A DNA stretch of 61,268 bases, counting the filler, from Asterionella formosa (lineage: Eukaryota), in assembly GCA_002256025.1 (NCBI GenBank). It is 5 parts of 5 records of this genome, joined end to end, with 100 filler letters (N's around TTAATTAATTAA, not from the genome) between each part and the next. Parts side by side here need not be neighbours in the genome. Positions count along the whole stretch, not along the records: positions 49,113 to 61,268 come from NKIB01007756.1; 4 more parts are not named here. One strand, given 5' to 3'. The notes under the pieces are model-generated. The model saw nothing but the letters and a program-made list of their open reading frames with translations, was not told the origin of the DNA and ran no database searches. Shown here in pieces: positions 49,235 to 61,268 of this stretch. Within the stretch, counting starts at the first letter, position 1; every line of letters starts with the position of its first letter. The translations under genes were made by a program, and so were the position numbers.

Positions 49235-50330
49235 ATGGATCGCAGCATGCTGTCGTCACTATCATCACATTCGACGACCCCCGAGGACAGCAACGGAAGC
49301 ACCAATGCCCCAAATTCTGTCCTATTATGTGACAATCATGCATCGCATCCTTCCTCTGACCAAGAACTATTTCTCAACATGGAACGAGATGCCTTACCGG
49401 CCTTACCTTCAGGTGATTGCATTTCCTTCAGGCCACTCCACGAAGGCGATCGCGACCAAATACAAGATCTGCATGAAGAATGGTTCCCGGTTCGGTACAA
49501 GAGTGAATTCTACGACGAATTAGTTCGCCATCGAATGGTGAATAGTGGAGAGCATTTGTTTACCTGCGCAGCTATCTATCATGAGGAAGATCCGTTCATA
49601 AAGGCAGAAAACCACGAATGTTCTCGTCTAGTTGGTGCAATGGAGGATGTAGAAAGTGACGAAGACTTGATTGCAGGTTGCATAGTTGGTTCGTTCGTCA
49701 TGGCAAATCGGCTCAACAAGGACACTATGGGGCTCTTAGTTTCAGATGTGATGAGGTTTACAAAATTGTTTTAGTAAGTGCAACTGCATGGCTGGGCCAA
49801 AAGACACTGGTTCATTTACTTGCCCTAATCTCACATGATTCAAATCTCAACCCAAGTATAATGACAGTCGGAGTTATCACAGAGTTTCGCCATCGGGAAT
49901 TAGGATCCACTCTTGTAAAGAAAGTCATTTCTGTGGTGGAACAAGACAATGACTGTGGGGCTATCTATCTTCATGTTATTACACACAATAGTGCTGCAAT
50001 CCGTTTCTACGAAAAACTTGGCTTCTTTCGCGTCAAAGAGATCAAAGACTATTACAAAATCGAAGGCAAGAATTATAACTGCTACCTCTACGCTAGATAC
50101 TTCCATGGTAAGTTGAAAGGGGCTCCGCTGGTACATAAATGCACTTCTTGAAAGCTTTTGTTCGCTCATTCCCAAGTTTAAACAATCCATTGCTAGGCAA
50201 CCGAGGACAGCGAGATTTTTTCCATTTAGCATCGACATATTTGTCATTACTGTGGAAGCAGCTTACTGGAGCGTCCATATTTCCTGGAATCCAACCGGCG
50301 AGCAGGCGTCCAACTCATAGTAGCTCGTAA
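49235..50330 (+). CDS. NAA60: N-alpha-acetyltransferase 60 (NatF); exons 49235-49773, 49857-50107, 50197-50330
   Basis: LHEEWFPVRY, YIMTVGV..EFR, AIYLHVITHNSAAIRFYE, DYYKI.GK.Y..YLY; two GT-AG introns restore the frame. Start codon uncertain. Confidence 0.88.
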
Positions 50331-50340
50331 AGTCTTGGAA

Positions 50341-51286
50341 TTAATCATGAGCGAACCGCTCATTTCCATAGCTTTCAGCATGCAACGCTTGGTCTGCTAG
50401 CTCCTTTTTCATCAATAGCAAAGTCCATCCATGCTTTGAGTCGTATTCTTGCGAAAGAACTTTGTATCCTAAGCTTGAATATAGTCCCACCGCAACCCCG
50501 TTTTGCTGTCGAACCTTCAAATATACTTCTGTTTCTTCCCACTCGACGGCCTGTTGTTCGGCTATCCGAACCAGGTCTTTCGCAAAGCCGAATCCTCTCG
50601 ATTTCAAATCCACGGCCAAGTTGCACATGTAGGGTCTAGGTGCGGCCTTGGTGTTATTGGTTGGTCTGTTATCAATTTCGCAAAAAGCAATGACACGTCC
50701 ATCGTTCGATCGACAGAGAGAAAACATTTCATGTTGTTCCTCTATTTTCGGGAACGTGGACTCTAGGCTCAAATATGTCTGCAACCTCTCGAGTTGGTAC
50801 AGGATGATATTTTTATCGCTATGAAAACCATCAGCAAGGATCTTGCTGGCATAACCAAGATCTACAAATCATCACCAACAAACGCCAAGATGAATATGTA
50901 TATATATATATATATGGTAATGTGTCAGACACAGGCAGGTGGGATGTGTGTGATATATATATGGTAAGGTGTCAAATACGGTAAGCACATTAGGAAATAC
51001 ACGTACCTGCCATGAGTGATTTTCGAATGAAATATGGTTCTTGCTCTATTTCACTAAAATATGTGATTGCTTTCCGCTTTGAATAGTGCACATGATGATG
51101 TCTTGTCCTAGACGATGTGCTTTCTCGTCCATAAGAAACGGTCGGACTAAAGGCTGAAACAAGAAACGATGAGGCACCTGACAATAAGAGCAATAAAAAT
51201 AGTCCAGAAACCCTCCTGGTTGTGTTGCGCCAACGTCGGCATTTAGGAAACAGCAAAGTTGATGCCGTTGCAGATGTTTTCATCAT
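50341..51286 (-). CDS. GNAT acetyltransferase with plastid-type leader; exons 51286-51007 and 50861-50341
   Basis: RPYMCNLAV..KSRGFGFAKDL, YLKV..NGVAVGLYSSLGY; hydrophobic leader with VSAFSP; GT-AG intron containing (TA)n. Confidence 0.85.
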
Positions 51287-52071
51287 GATGGGCAAAACGC
51301 AATCATATGATGAGGGTGTGATGAAGCTGTCATTCATTGCTTGGAAGTAATACTGGTAATCATGTGCAGAACGCATGCTGATGATGTGTTGGTCATGGGG
51401 TCAGGATGACGGGGGTTGGATCATCTCATGCTCAGTGGTCTACAAAACATTATAGTACAAATTATTATGTAGAGAGATTGTTCCGTGACCAGCAAGTTGT
51501 GGTCATTTAGCTTAAACTGTCTGGGATAAAGATAGCTAAATCTTTAGTTTCAGCAAAATTGACGCGATTTGGAGGTCTGCATACTACCTGGTAGGAGTAC
51601 CAGGTAGTACCTTGTACTGGTACCAGGTAGGATCGCTGTAAAAATGACGAAGATTGGGAAAATTCATGTTGTATAAACGTAGTACATTGAACTAGTCTGT
51701 CGCATGTAAATCATTAAAATATATTTTGTACGGTTTCATTTCACCGGCCTCATGGTCGCGCCATCATCGAAAGAAGTACCGGTACAATGGATTATTGCTC
51801 ATGCCATGATACATTAATTCCGAACAAACAACGACATTACTGATAGCAGGTACCTGGTATCATGCGTATGGAATGTGTCCACTTCATGACTGCAAGAGGT
51901 CATGTAAAGACTTATTCTATAGAGGAGCTATAGTTTCAGGCGATATGATACTGCGCTATAAATTTAAGTCGATTTTATTACTTTACTATTTATGTGTATA
52001 ATGACCGCAGCTTCAATGCGTGTACATATCGAGAGTTGTACGCAAAGATGCACTCGATAGCGGGAGTTGTT

Positions 52072-52572
52072 TTACTTTTTATCATCCTCGTCCCCTTTTT
52101 TGTTAGTTTCCACCACCTTCGAGTCCGACTCCACAGCAACCCAATCTTCATGAGGGTGGGATGTAACAGGGATAGTCTGAGCAATTGGTTTCTCTCTCTT
52201 TGGAACAGTCACTACCAATACGCCATCAGCAAGATTGGCAGTAGCGTGAGTTGTATCAAGGGAAACTTGGTCCAAAGCAAATGACTTGACGAAGGATGAC
52301 GGTTGTTGCCCCTGGCCTCCAAACTGGCGAGTCCCTGAAATCTTCAAAACTCCTTCATCAAACTTGAGGGAAATATCGGATTGCTTCACTCCTGGAAGAT
52401 CAACGGAGAGTTGAAATGCCTTGTCATTTTCGGCGACACTGTGGTCTCGGAAAGCAGCTGTAGAGCCGCACTGCCCAACATGACAAGAAGGACCTCTGGC
52501 GCTGAAGGTGCTTGAAAACAAGCCATCTAGGGGAAACTGATGAGGAGCGGCAGTGAATGTTACGATAGGCAT
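52072..52572 (-). CDS. Small heat-shock protein (HSP20/alpha-crystallin)
   Basis: VDLPGVKQSDI, GVLKISG.R, ANLADGVLVVTVPK. Confidence 0.93.
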   Translation of the reverse strand: MPIVTFTAAPHQFPLDGLFSSTFSARGPSCHVGQCGSTAAFRDHSVAENDKAFQLSVDLPGVKQSDISLKFDEGVLKISGTRQFGGQGQQPSSFVKSFALDQVSLDTTHATANLADGVLVVTVPKREKPIAQTIPVTSHPHEDWVAVESDSKVVETNKKGDEDDKK

Positions 52573-52675
52573 TATGATTGTTGATGAGTGTTTGCGTTTG
52601 CGTTTCTGTAGTTTCTGAATTGTGAGATGAAACATTTTTTATGTCACCCATCATATGGAGGCGAACCATGATTGA

Positions 52676-52745
52676 TTTCTAGAAAGATCGTCTTCGCGAA
52701 GGATCGAATAGAAACATCTGGAACGAGTTCGAACTCCATAGAAGA
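52676..52745. promoter_or_regulatory. Heat-shock element (nGAAn) cluster upstream of HSP20
   Basis: ttctagaa, ttcgcgaa, tctggaa and ttcgaa 100-170 bp upstream of the HSP20 ATG. Confidence 0.65.
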
Positions 52746-53866
52746 AGCAAACAATTTGGACACTTGGATAACCCGGAGGTAATGAGNNNNNNNNNNNNNN
52801 NNNNNNNNNNNNNNNNNNNNNNNNNNNNNNNNNNNNNNNNNNNNNNNNNNNNNNNNNNNNNNNNNNNNNNNNNNNNNNNNNNNNNNNNNNNNNNNNNNNN
52901 NNNNNNNNNNNNNNNNNNNNNNNNNNNNNNNNNNNNNNNNNNNNNNNNNNNNNNNNNNNNNNNNNNNNNNNNNNNNNNNNNNNNNNNNNNNNNNNNNNNN
53001 NNNNNNNNNNNNNNNNNNNNNNNNNNNNNNNNNNNNNNNNNNNNNNNNNNNNNNNNNNNNNNNNNNNNNNNNNNNNNNNNNNNNNNNNNNNNNNNNNNNN
53101 NNNNNNNNNNNNNNNNNNNNNNNNNNNNNNNNNNNNNNNNNNNNNNNNNNNNNNNNNNNNNNNNNNNNNNNNNNNNNNNNNNNNNNNNNNNNNNNNNNNN
53201 NNNNNNNNNNNNNNNNNNNNNNNNNNNNNNNNNNNNNNNNNNNNNNNNNNNNNNNNNNNNNNNNNNNNNNNNNNNNGCAGTAGTTTGGTGATTTGGGTTG
53301 CACAGGATGAACCCTCAATTACTTTAATTCTGTAGATTGCTGGCTTAATTGTTTGTCCTTCACAACAATATGGTGAAGTCACTGTTATTTTACCTCTAGG
53401 GAGAATAAGTAAATTCCCTTGTGGGTAGTCCTAGTCCGTGATGAGTATTGCGATATTGTCCACAGTGGTACAAAGCCAAGCTTTCTCCTTGATGCATTGC
53501 TATGATAGCATCCCTGAAGAGTGGAGGACATTCACACGGGACCAAGAATCTGGCACATACTGCATGTTGTCAATGCCCTCCATTCCACGACTTGGCAAAT
53601 TCATTGATTTAACAAGCACACGTCTCGCTACAACGACGAGGATTCAAGTGCTACTTGTGTTTGCTCAGCTTCGAAGGATTTAAAAAATTATTGTCACTTC
53701 CTCTCAGAATTCTGTTGAATGAATCATGTCCTTATCCGGCACACATGCACTGTTTTACTCTTTCATCAATTAAATCGTCTCCATATGGCACCCTAATAGT
53801 TGCGCAACGATAAAACGTTAAAAAGAAAATTGAAAAGGAGGAACATGATGGGTACTATATAGAGTA

Positions 53867-54469
53867 TTATGATTCCAAAGTTAGCGTCTCTTTTGTCTTC
53901 TTCGGTGGTCTGTTGGTTAAAAAAAAAAGTGTTGGCTCATTGATTTTAGCGAATTTTGAATCATCCTAACTTGACTATATATGACACATATTTAACTTAC
54001 GGTCCGCACGGTTGGACCATCTTTTCGATCATTTGCGCTCTGACCCTTCCAATGGATTCATTTTGAGCCACCGCATAGAATGACAGTTGGTCATAGTGAC
54101 CTACATGAGAAGCAAGTGTATCTCGATGCATATTGCTGGCAAACTCGCTGCAAAGTAACAAGAAATAACAATAAATGAACAGTGTCAACAATGAGGTTCA
54201 GTTTTAGTATTCTATGTACGACAGAGGTGATGATAAGATGGTATCATGAGCACGTAGAGTGTTAAGAGTACTTACTATTTGGATAGATCAGCGTGGCCTA
54301 ATACACAGGGGAGGAAAGACTGTGAGTACACAGATCGTGCGGGCGATGGGAACATATTACAGTGTCTTGTAGACATGGATTTCAATGGATGCTTATGTCA
54401 CGGACCTGTTCCTATGTAGCGGGCCTTCAGCTGATCTGCTGAGATATTGGCACCTCCAGGTGTCGACAT
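53867..54469 (-). CDS. SF3B5: Splicing factor 3B subunit 5 (SF3b10); exons 54469-54406, 54297-54276, 54147-54001, 53909-53867
   Basis: Spliced product MSTPGGANISADQLKARYIGTGHADLSKYEFASNMHRDTLASHVGH...NESIGRVR..MIEKMVQPCGPPP; three GT-AG introns. Confidence 0.92.
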
Positions 54470-55359
54470 GTTGGCGAGATTGAGATGAGATCGTCGTAAA
54501 TAGTAAAATTGAGGGAACCAATCGAAACAGACAACCGCTGCATCGGAGAAAGAGCATTTATGAGCATGGCGATTCCTCGCTCATGTAGCGGTGCGGTCGG
54601 CTATACATATTCTTCGGAGGTATTCGCACCAGGTATTGAAAAGTACCTGTATTCATTTACCGGTATTATTTACTGGTAATAGCTAACTAGCAACATAGCA
54701 GCTAAATATGAAATTAAATTTCGAGAGAATACTTTCATATTCATTTATATCCTTATAGTACCGGTATCCATGTATCATCGTTATGTAGCGCTATATCGTA
54801 GTTACAGGGATATTTTTTGTTTCATTTTGCTACCGGTAGTGATGAAATATTGATGCAGCAGCAATAAAAATTACACTACAGCGGGTATCATGTACTGTGA
54901 CAAGAGAGATATCTACCGGTACTATAGTGAGCTCCAAAGGTGAAAAGAAAAAATACTGGGAAGGCAAAAATAGCTATTAGTTAGTAGCCAAACAAGAAAA
55001 CTATGTCGATTGGGATGTACCAATACATTCACAACCTAATAAATTTCTATGCATAGCCAACTAAGAATGACATTGTAAGTAGAGGGAGGAGGCAATGATC
55101 AACTTTCGTCGATTATGATGGCGCCCAGATGACACTCAACCTTGGTGATGGGATAGAACCTTGATGCAGGGTAGGATGATCAGCAGATGTTGGCATTTTA
55201 TCAGGGTTGGTTCCTGCGTAACCAAGCTTCTCCGTCATTCAATAGTCAATCAAGCAAGGCTCTCGCAAATTCCGCTGACCACAGCCATTAACAATAGGTT
55301 CATCACACTTTGGATCAAGAAAATGCTTCAGTATGGCCACCAGATGTTTCGCTGTTGGT

Positions 55360-56236
55360 TCATCTGTGTGTGTCAGCTTGTTGGGAGGCATTGGTTGCGG
55401 CAATCATGTCCCTTTCTTCCAAAATGATTCCTTCCGAAGCGAATGTCGCAACAACTGGCCTAAATAAATAGCGTGGAAGAATGGAATCTGTATATCGATC
55501 ACGTACTATGATCCCTCGGATCATGTGTGGTTTGGCTCCAAATGGATTCAAGATAATGTCAGCGTAACAGCGAAGCGTAGTAATTCTATTGTCGTTTGTC
55601 TTGACAGCAAGTCCATNNNNNNNNNNNNNNNNNNNNNNNNNNNNNNNNNNNNNNNNNNNNNNNNNNNNNNNNNNNNNNNNNNNNNNNNNNNNNNNNNNNN
55701 NNNNNNNNNNNNNNNNNNNNNNNNNNNNNNNNNNNNNNNNNNNNNNNNNNNNNNNNNNNNNNNNNNNNNNNNNNNNNNNNNNNNNNNNNNNNNNNNNNNN
55801 NNNNNNNNNNNNNNNNNNNNNNNNNNNNNNNNNNNNNNNNNNNNNNNNNNNNNNNNNNNNNNNNNNNNNNNNNNNNNNNNNNNNNNNNNNNNNNNNNNNN
55901 NNNNNNNNNNNNNNNNNNNNNNNNNNNNNNNNNNNNNNNNNNNNNNNNNNNNNNNNNNNNNNNNNNNNNNNNNNNNNNNNNNNNNNNNNNNNNNNNNNNN
56001 NNNNNNNNNNNNNNNNNNNNNNNNNTTGAACCTGATGGCGGCACCTGTTCCTCCCAATAGACCATTGTAGTCGTTCTTGAATCATCCTTTTCTATGTGTA
56101 CCGTCGGTTGTAGTGATTTATTGTTATTGTTGTTCGTATCGGCTCGGTTCGCTTCAATGGTAGAAATTAACATCAGGCATACGAACGAAAAGAATAATGC
56201 TACTATCGGTAGCTTCCATTGATGGACGGGCTTCAT
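55360..56236 (-). CDS. Hypothetical secreted or membrane-anchored protein spanning an assembly gap
   Basis: Hydrophobic N-terminus (LPIVALFFSFVCLMLI) before the gap and an open frame after it; no domain recognised. Confidence 0.45.
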
Positions 56237-56699
56237 GCTATTTGATGTGATGAAACCAATATTGTATCTACTAGATTTTTGTAAAAGCCCATCAAGTACG
56301 CCGGTAACGGCGAACAAGGAAAGAGGACTGTGTTATTTTTTTTTTCAGAATGGGTCATGACGACGACTACGACTAGTAAGACGACAATGCATCGAGATGA
56401 TTTTTAGTACATTTGCATGCTGTGCGTCTAAAAACAAAGTATGAAGGACGTGCTGCAAAAAGAGAAAATTACCTGCTACAGTACCAGTTCCGGTATCATA
56501 CGTAGTAATATTTTATTATACTCTCCAATACCGGGTACGGTCTGCTATACCAGTAATAGTACAGATTTCGCCTCATCATTTTATTGGTGTAGAACGACAA
56601 GACTCTGTTAGTATGACATGACTATTTTAGCTCTGTATGAACTGTATCACACATAGTAGGTGCCGGGAGACGAGCCCAAAAAAATTATGATACCTGTTA

Positions 56700-56770
56700 A
56701 CTACAGTACCGGTAGGTACCTGGTACCAGGTACTGGTGGCACCTGGCAGTACCAGGGTAGCAGGTAAGTG
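56700..56770. repeat. GGTACC / CCWGG palindrome cluster
   Basis: gtaccggtaggtacctggtaccaggtactgg. Confidence 0.75.
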
Positions 56771-57320
56771 GTATCGGCATTTGCGGTGCATAATATGCAT
56801 GACGAAACATGGCAATGATACATGTAAACTGGACCTAACTGCTGACGTCACATCCACCACTGAATCTAATCCAGTCATTTCTTCGCCGGCATCATATCAT
56901 TTACCGGTATACTGTTAACCCAGTACCGGTACATAGCTGTAAATACTGGTAGTAGCCGATAAAATGATTCGTCGTGTCCTCTGCTGACATGTCAAAGTGA
57001 TCTATATTTAGCTTTGACATCATGGTGAGAGATGTGTTCGGAATCCATCAAGCAAGAAGGCAGGCGGAAAGCAGGATGATCCTGGCTGATGATGACGGTG
57101 GCTGAAATGAGGATGTAAAATTTTTCTTCCAATTTGCTTCGGCAAATGTAATACACATCAGTTATTAAATGATACTACAAGTTATATATGGAGTATAGAA
57201 TTTCATTGATGCAATTGAAACCACGACATTACCATAACTAACACATCGTTAATCAATCAATACTCATAAACCCACACAACACAGCCACAACGCTCAATCA
57301 GGTCGTGGAATACTACAACG

Positions 57321-60083
57321 ATGGCCATGATGCTACTTCCGACGATTCTGTTGATGCTCGGCTGTCTCCCCCTGCAGCATGCCTTCCAATTGAGACCCTC
57401 ACACTCGAGACGATGCGATCCCTCCTCCCTACTTGCACCTCGCTTTGCGACGGAATCGGACTTGGAGGAACAGGAATACAGCAGTGATGAACAAGGATAC
57501 ACCTTTGTCTCGAAGGAAAACTTCGTCTCGGAATCAGACATTGCTCAACAAGCAAATCTTCTGGCTGGACAAGGAATTGAATTGAAGACGGAAATTGAAA
57601 ACTCATTCCTGCAATATGCACTATCAATCATCCTGGGGAGAGCCCTACCAGATGCACGAGATGGACTAAAGCCGGTACATAGGCGGATCTTGTACGCCAT
57701 GTCAGAGTTGGGCCTCACGCCGTCATCGGGGCATCGCAAGTGCGCTCGTGTGGTGGGCGAAGTATTGGGCAAATTTCATCCTCATGGCGATATGGCTGTC
57801 TACGATGCTTTGGTACGAATGGCGCAAGACTTCAATTCAGGAACACCCTTGATCGACGGACATGGGAACTTTGGATCTGTAGACGCTGACCCTGCTGCGG
57901 CAATGAGATATACTGAGTGTAAACTGACCAAGGTGGCATATGACGCTCTGCTCGAAGGTCTCAACGAAGACTCGGTCGACTTTATTCCGAACTTTGACGG
58001 AAATGAAATTGAGCCTGCTGTGTTGCCGGCGAAATTACCCATTCTACTATTGAACGGGTGTGCTGGAATTGCGGTTGGTATGGCCACCAATGTTCCGCCT
58101 CACAACTTGAACGAGCTAATGAATGCGTGTATTGCACTTTTGGAAAGTCGAATGGATGGGGCCGCGGAGCTATCTGATAACGATTTATTTGGAATAGTTC
58201 CAGGACCTGACTTTCCCACTGGAGCAACTATCATGGGCACTAGTGGCGCAAAGCAGCTATATCAGACAGGAAACGGAGGTATCGTTATGCGAGCAACTAC
58301 CCAAGTGGAAAAGGTTGTTGTCGGGAAGCAGGCAAGATCCGCTATTATCGTTACAGAACTACCCTTCCAAGTCAACAAGGCCGCCTTGTTAGAAAAGATC
58401 GCGGATTTAGTGAATGACAAGAAAATAGATGGCATTTCGGATTTACGCGACGAGAGTGACAGAGAAGGAATGCGAGTTGTTATTGAGTTAAAACGAGATG
58501 CTGTAGCTGCTGTTGTTCTGAACAATTTATATAAGAAGACAGCGCTTCAGACCAGTTTTTCGGGAAACTTCTTAGCATTGATGGGTGAAGGAACCGTTCC
58601 ACAGCGATTCACCTTGAGATCCGCTTTGGATTGCTTCTTAGATTTTCGGTTTGAGACCATTAGAAGGCGATCTGCATTTCAACTTCGAAAGGTCGAGGCA
58701 CGAGCACACATTGTCGATGGCCTTTTATTGGCTCTTGCATCCATAGACGAAGCTATTGATATTATCAGAAAAGCCCCTGATCAGAATGGAGCTCGTGAGG
58801 CACTGATGAACAAGTCGAACGAGGCTCTTGGACTTTCTAAGGATCAGGCAGACGCTGTTATGAAACTTCAACTTGGACAACTGACACGACTAAATAAGGA
58901 TAAACTACAGGATGAAAAGGTCACCCTGGACTCTTCGCAGAAAGGTCTCGAAACGCTCATGACAGTAGACCAAGCTGTCCGTGACATGATGAAGGAAGAA
59001 TTCGAAGTCATGAAAACGAAGTTCGGGAGCGAACGAAAGACTCACATTGAAGTAGATGAAGGTGATGTTTCTGACTTGGACCTTATCCGAAATTCTAGAT
59101 CAATTATTGTTGTAACTCGAGGGGGTTACATCAAGAGAATGCCCTTGAAAACCTTTGAATCACAAGGGCGTGGTACACGAGGGAAGAAGGCTTCTGCTGA
59201 CAGTGCAAATTCTGACAACGAAGTTGCGCACTGCTTCACTTGTAATGATCACGATACACTGCTAATGATAACTCAAAAAGGAATTGCATATGGTCTGCGG
59301 GCCTACCAAGTACCCATTGCAGGAAGGACCGCGAAGGGTCAGCCAATTCCCTCTGTCTTGCCTGTCAAAGCGGACGACATTATTACTGCCATTTTACCAG
59401 TGTCTGAATTTTCGAAAGGAGAATTCGTCGTTTTGGCAACTGAACAAGGAATGATAAAGAAGACGGAACTAACAGCCTTTGAAAACCTGTCAAGTCGAGG
59501 GCTAACAATTGCTTCACTTGGAGAAGGCGATCGCCTCATGTGGTCGCATCATTGCACAGACGAAGATGACATATTAATTGGATCTCGAAAGGGCATGGCC
59601 ACTCGTTTTGAAGCTACGAAATTACGGCCGACAGGTCGTACGAGCCGTGGGGTTCGAGCTATCACGCTCCGAGAGGGCGATTATATTGCTGATATGAACG
59701 TGTTATCAGGAGCCAAGAATAGCGACACTGCTCGTCAAGAGTATGTCTTGGCGGTAACATCCCACGGGTACGGGAAGCGAGTTCCAACCTCTGAGTTCCG
59801 AGCACAAAACCGCGGAGGAGTTGGTGTGATCGCAATAAAGTTCAAGAAGGATCAAGAAGACGAGATGCATTGTTTACGAACGGTCACTGACGAGGACGAA
59901 GTCTTGGTCATTACCTCCCGGGGCATAATTGTCAGGCAGCAGGTCGGTGACATCCCAAGTCAAGGGCGTGCAGCAACTGGTGTAGTGGTTCAAAGAGTTG
60001 ACCTCGACAATGGGGACTACATCAGCAGTGTGAGCATTGTACCATCATACGACGAAAGCGACGACGATCAGTCGTTCGAGTAG
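57321..60083 (+). CDS. gyrA: DNA gyrase subunit A, organelle (plastid)-targeted
   Basis: [29 protein letters not shown] (catalytic Tyr), GIAVGMATN, GyrA-box QGRGTRG, C-terminal pinwheel repeats; signal peptide plus HAF. Confidence 0.97.
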   Translation: MAMMLLPTILLMLGCLPLQHAFQLRPSHSRRCDPSSLLAPRFATESDLEEQEYSSDEQGYTFVSKENFVSESDIAQQANLLAGQGIELKTEIENSFLQYALSIILGRALPDARDGLKPVHRRILYAMSELGLTPSSGHRKCARVVGEVLGKFHPHGDMAVYDALVRMAQDFNSGTPLIDGHGNFGSVDADPAAAMRYTECKLTKVAYDALLEGLNEDSVDFIPNFDGNEIEPAVLPAKLPILLLNGCAGIAVGMATNVPPHNLNELMNACIALLESRMDGAAELSDNDLFGIVPGPDFPTGATIMGTSGAKQLYQTGNGGIVMRATTQVEKVVVGKQARSAIIVTELPFQVNKAALLEKIADLVNDKKIDGISDLRDESDREGMRVVIELKRDAVAAVVLNNLYKKTALQTSFSGNFLALMGEGTVPQRFTLRSALDCFLDFRFETIRRRSAFQLRKVEARAHIVDGLLLALASIDEAIDIIRKAPDQNGAREALMNKSNEALGLSKDQADAVMKLQLGQLTRLNKDKLQDEKVTLDSSQKGLETLMTVDQAVRDMMKEEFEVMKTKFGSERKTHIEVDEGDVSDLDLIRNSRSIIVVTRGGYIKRMPLKTFESQGRGTRGKKASADSANSDNEVAHCFTCNDHDTLLMITQKGIAYGLRAYQVPIAGRTAKGQPIPSVLPVKADDIITAILPVSEFSKGEFVVLATEQGMIKKTELTAFENLSSRGLTIASLGEGDRLMWSHHCTDEDDILIGSRKGMATRFEATKLRPTGRTSRGVRAITLREGDYIADMNVLSGAKNSDTARQEYVLAVTSHGYGKRVPTSEFRAQNRGGVGVIAIKFKKDQEDEMHCLRTVTDEDEVLVITSRGIIVRQQVGDIPSQGRAATGVVVQRVDLDNGDYISSVSIVPSYDESDDDQSFE

Positions 60084-60121
60084 GCCATTAGAGCATAGCA
60101 AGATATATCTACTCGTTCCTT

Positions 60122-61027
60122 TTATGCATCATGTCTATTTCTCCACTGTATTCCATATACACGAAGAACATCTCGATGACCATCCAAATCTCTGGTGACC
60201 GTTTCTTGCAGACACACACAGGAAAGGTAGTGATGAGCAGTCTTGCTTCGCTCGCCAAGTTTGGCATAGAAGGCGTTATCGCTTTTCCAGCGTCTCGCGC
60301 CAGCAATCAGACCAATACTTCCCTCTGGCGCATGTGACAGTAAACTCGCCAGTGTCTGTTCTAGTGGATCCTGTAATTCCTTGAAATAGACACAATCTGC
60401 GGCCAAAATCAAAAGTTGGTCGTCTTTGGGCAGCCAGCTCAATGCCTCCTGGCAGTGAGATTCATCTCCCCATGCCAACACTTGAGTTTGGACAGCATCT
60501 TCGCCGCATTGGAATCGTTTCTTATTTAGTTTGATGTTTTGCTCTAGGAGGGGAATTGCCTCATCTAAATCTGTGGATAGAATTCTGCATGGTAACATCG
60601 TGGCGAGTTGTAATCCAGTCAATCCCACACCAGCCCCCAGTTCAATCACATGGAGAGGCTTTTCCTTATTCCGAGTACAAAGTAGATTATCAAGTATGGC
60701 CGCCATATCAGTGGCTTGTTTCGTCTCAATGCTCCCATCACTTTTCGTTTGGTGCTCGTGCTTCTGAGTACTGTTGAGTACAAATTCTGCTAGATATTGA
60801 GCTGCAGGCCACAACCTTTGAGCGATAGACCCCCCGAATTGTTGTTCCGCCAGCAGAACGTCCATGACTTGGCGTTCCACAATACAACATGATATATTAG
60901 TAATAGCGTGATCGCCCGGGGAATTGCTCACAGTCTTGTCGTTGTCATCATCGTCGTCGGTATCAGAGTCAGTCCGAAAGAGATTCCTTGTTATAGCTCC
61001 TTCTATACTTGAGTCATCATTGGCCAT
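60122..61027 (-). CDS. METTL21/Methyltransf_16-family protein methyltransferase
   Basis: LWPAA, VIELGAGVGLTG, TDL, LAWG, ILAADCVY. Confidence 0.9.
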   Translation of the reverse strand: MANDDSSIEGAITRNLFRTDSDTDDDDDNDKTVSNSPGDHAITNISCCIVERQVMDVLLAEQQFGGSIAQRLWPAAQYLAEFVLNSTQKHEHQTKSDGSIETKQATDMAAILDNLLCTRNKEKPLHVIELGAGVGLTGLQLATMLPCRILSTDLDEAIPLLEQNIKLNKKRFQCGEDAVQTQVLAWGDESHCQEALSWLPKDDQLLILAADCVYFKELQDPLEQTLASLLSHAPEGSIGLIAGARRWKSDNAFYAKLGERSKTAHHYLSCVCLQETVTRDLDGHRDVLRVYGIQWRNRHDA

Positions 61028-61268
61028 TTGCAATAAGCAATGCTACCGGTATACATAAGAAATTATGATACGATTGCAGACGAGGAGGGTATGAAATGCT
61101 CGGAATGCCCGCACTTTTTCTGGACCATTTGCGATTTCTATCGTCATGACACAATAAAATTGTTCATACAAAAATGTGTAGGTATCCGGTACTCTGAGTA
61201 AACATGACGTACATACGAAACGAAAATTTAAAATTCTATTTACTTGATGTACCGGTATTATGATTGCA

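Noticed and set aside
57321..60083. gyrA (and the RlmL-like gene) as bacterial contamination or recent HGT
   Set aside because: N-terminal targeting leaders and intron-containing eukaryotic neighbours; nuclear-encoded organellar gyrase is expected in algae.

Overview
Eukaryotic DNA, most likely from a diatom or related photosynthetic stramenopile. Support: bipartite signal + 'AF' plastid-targeting leaders, short GT-AG introns, CoDi-like Copia and Crypton-like elements. The window is not one locus. It is five scaffolds of near-identical, decreasing length (1-12184, 12285-24467, 24568-36750, 36851-49012, 49113-61268), joined by 100-bp spacers of N44-TTAATTAATTAA-N44, so adjacency across spacers is meaningless. 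Host genes: intron-containing methionine aminopeptidase, plastid acyl-CoA/ACP synthetase, pepsin-like aspartic protease, a small secreted Cys-rich protein, an LRR-ankyrin protein, a THUMP/RlmL-like methyltransferase, NAA60, a second GNAT, HSP20, a four-exon SF3B5 missed by the ORF track, gyrA and a METTL21-like methyltransferase. The rest is decayed mobile DNA: three Copia elements, PIF/Harbinger copies, MULE, Crypton and tRNA-derived repeats. The most unusual observations are (1) a Mutator-type transposase whose catalytic halves lie in two convergent ORFs on opposite strands, (2) a highly iterated TACC(W)GGTA/GGTACC palindrome family in intergenic DNA of all five scaffolds, and (3) a Harbinger ORF2-PP2C chimera. 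All homology calls come from motif recognition by eye; no searches were run.
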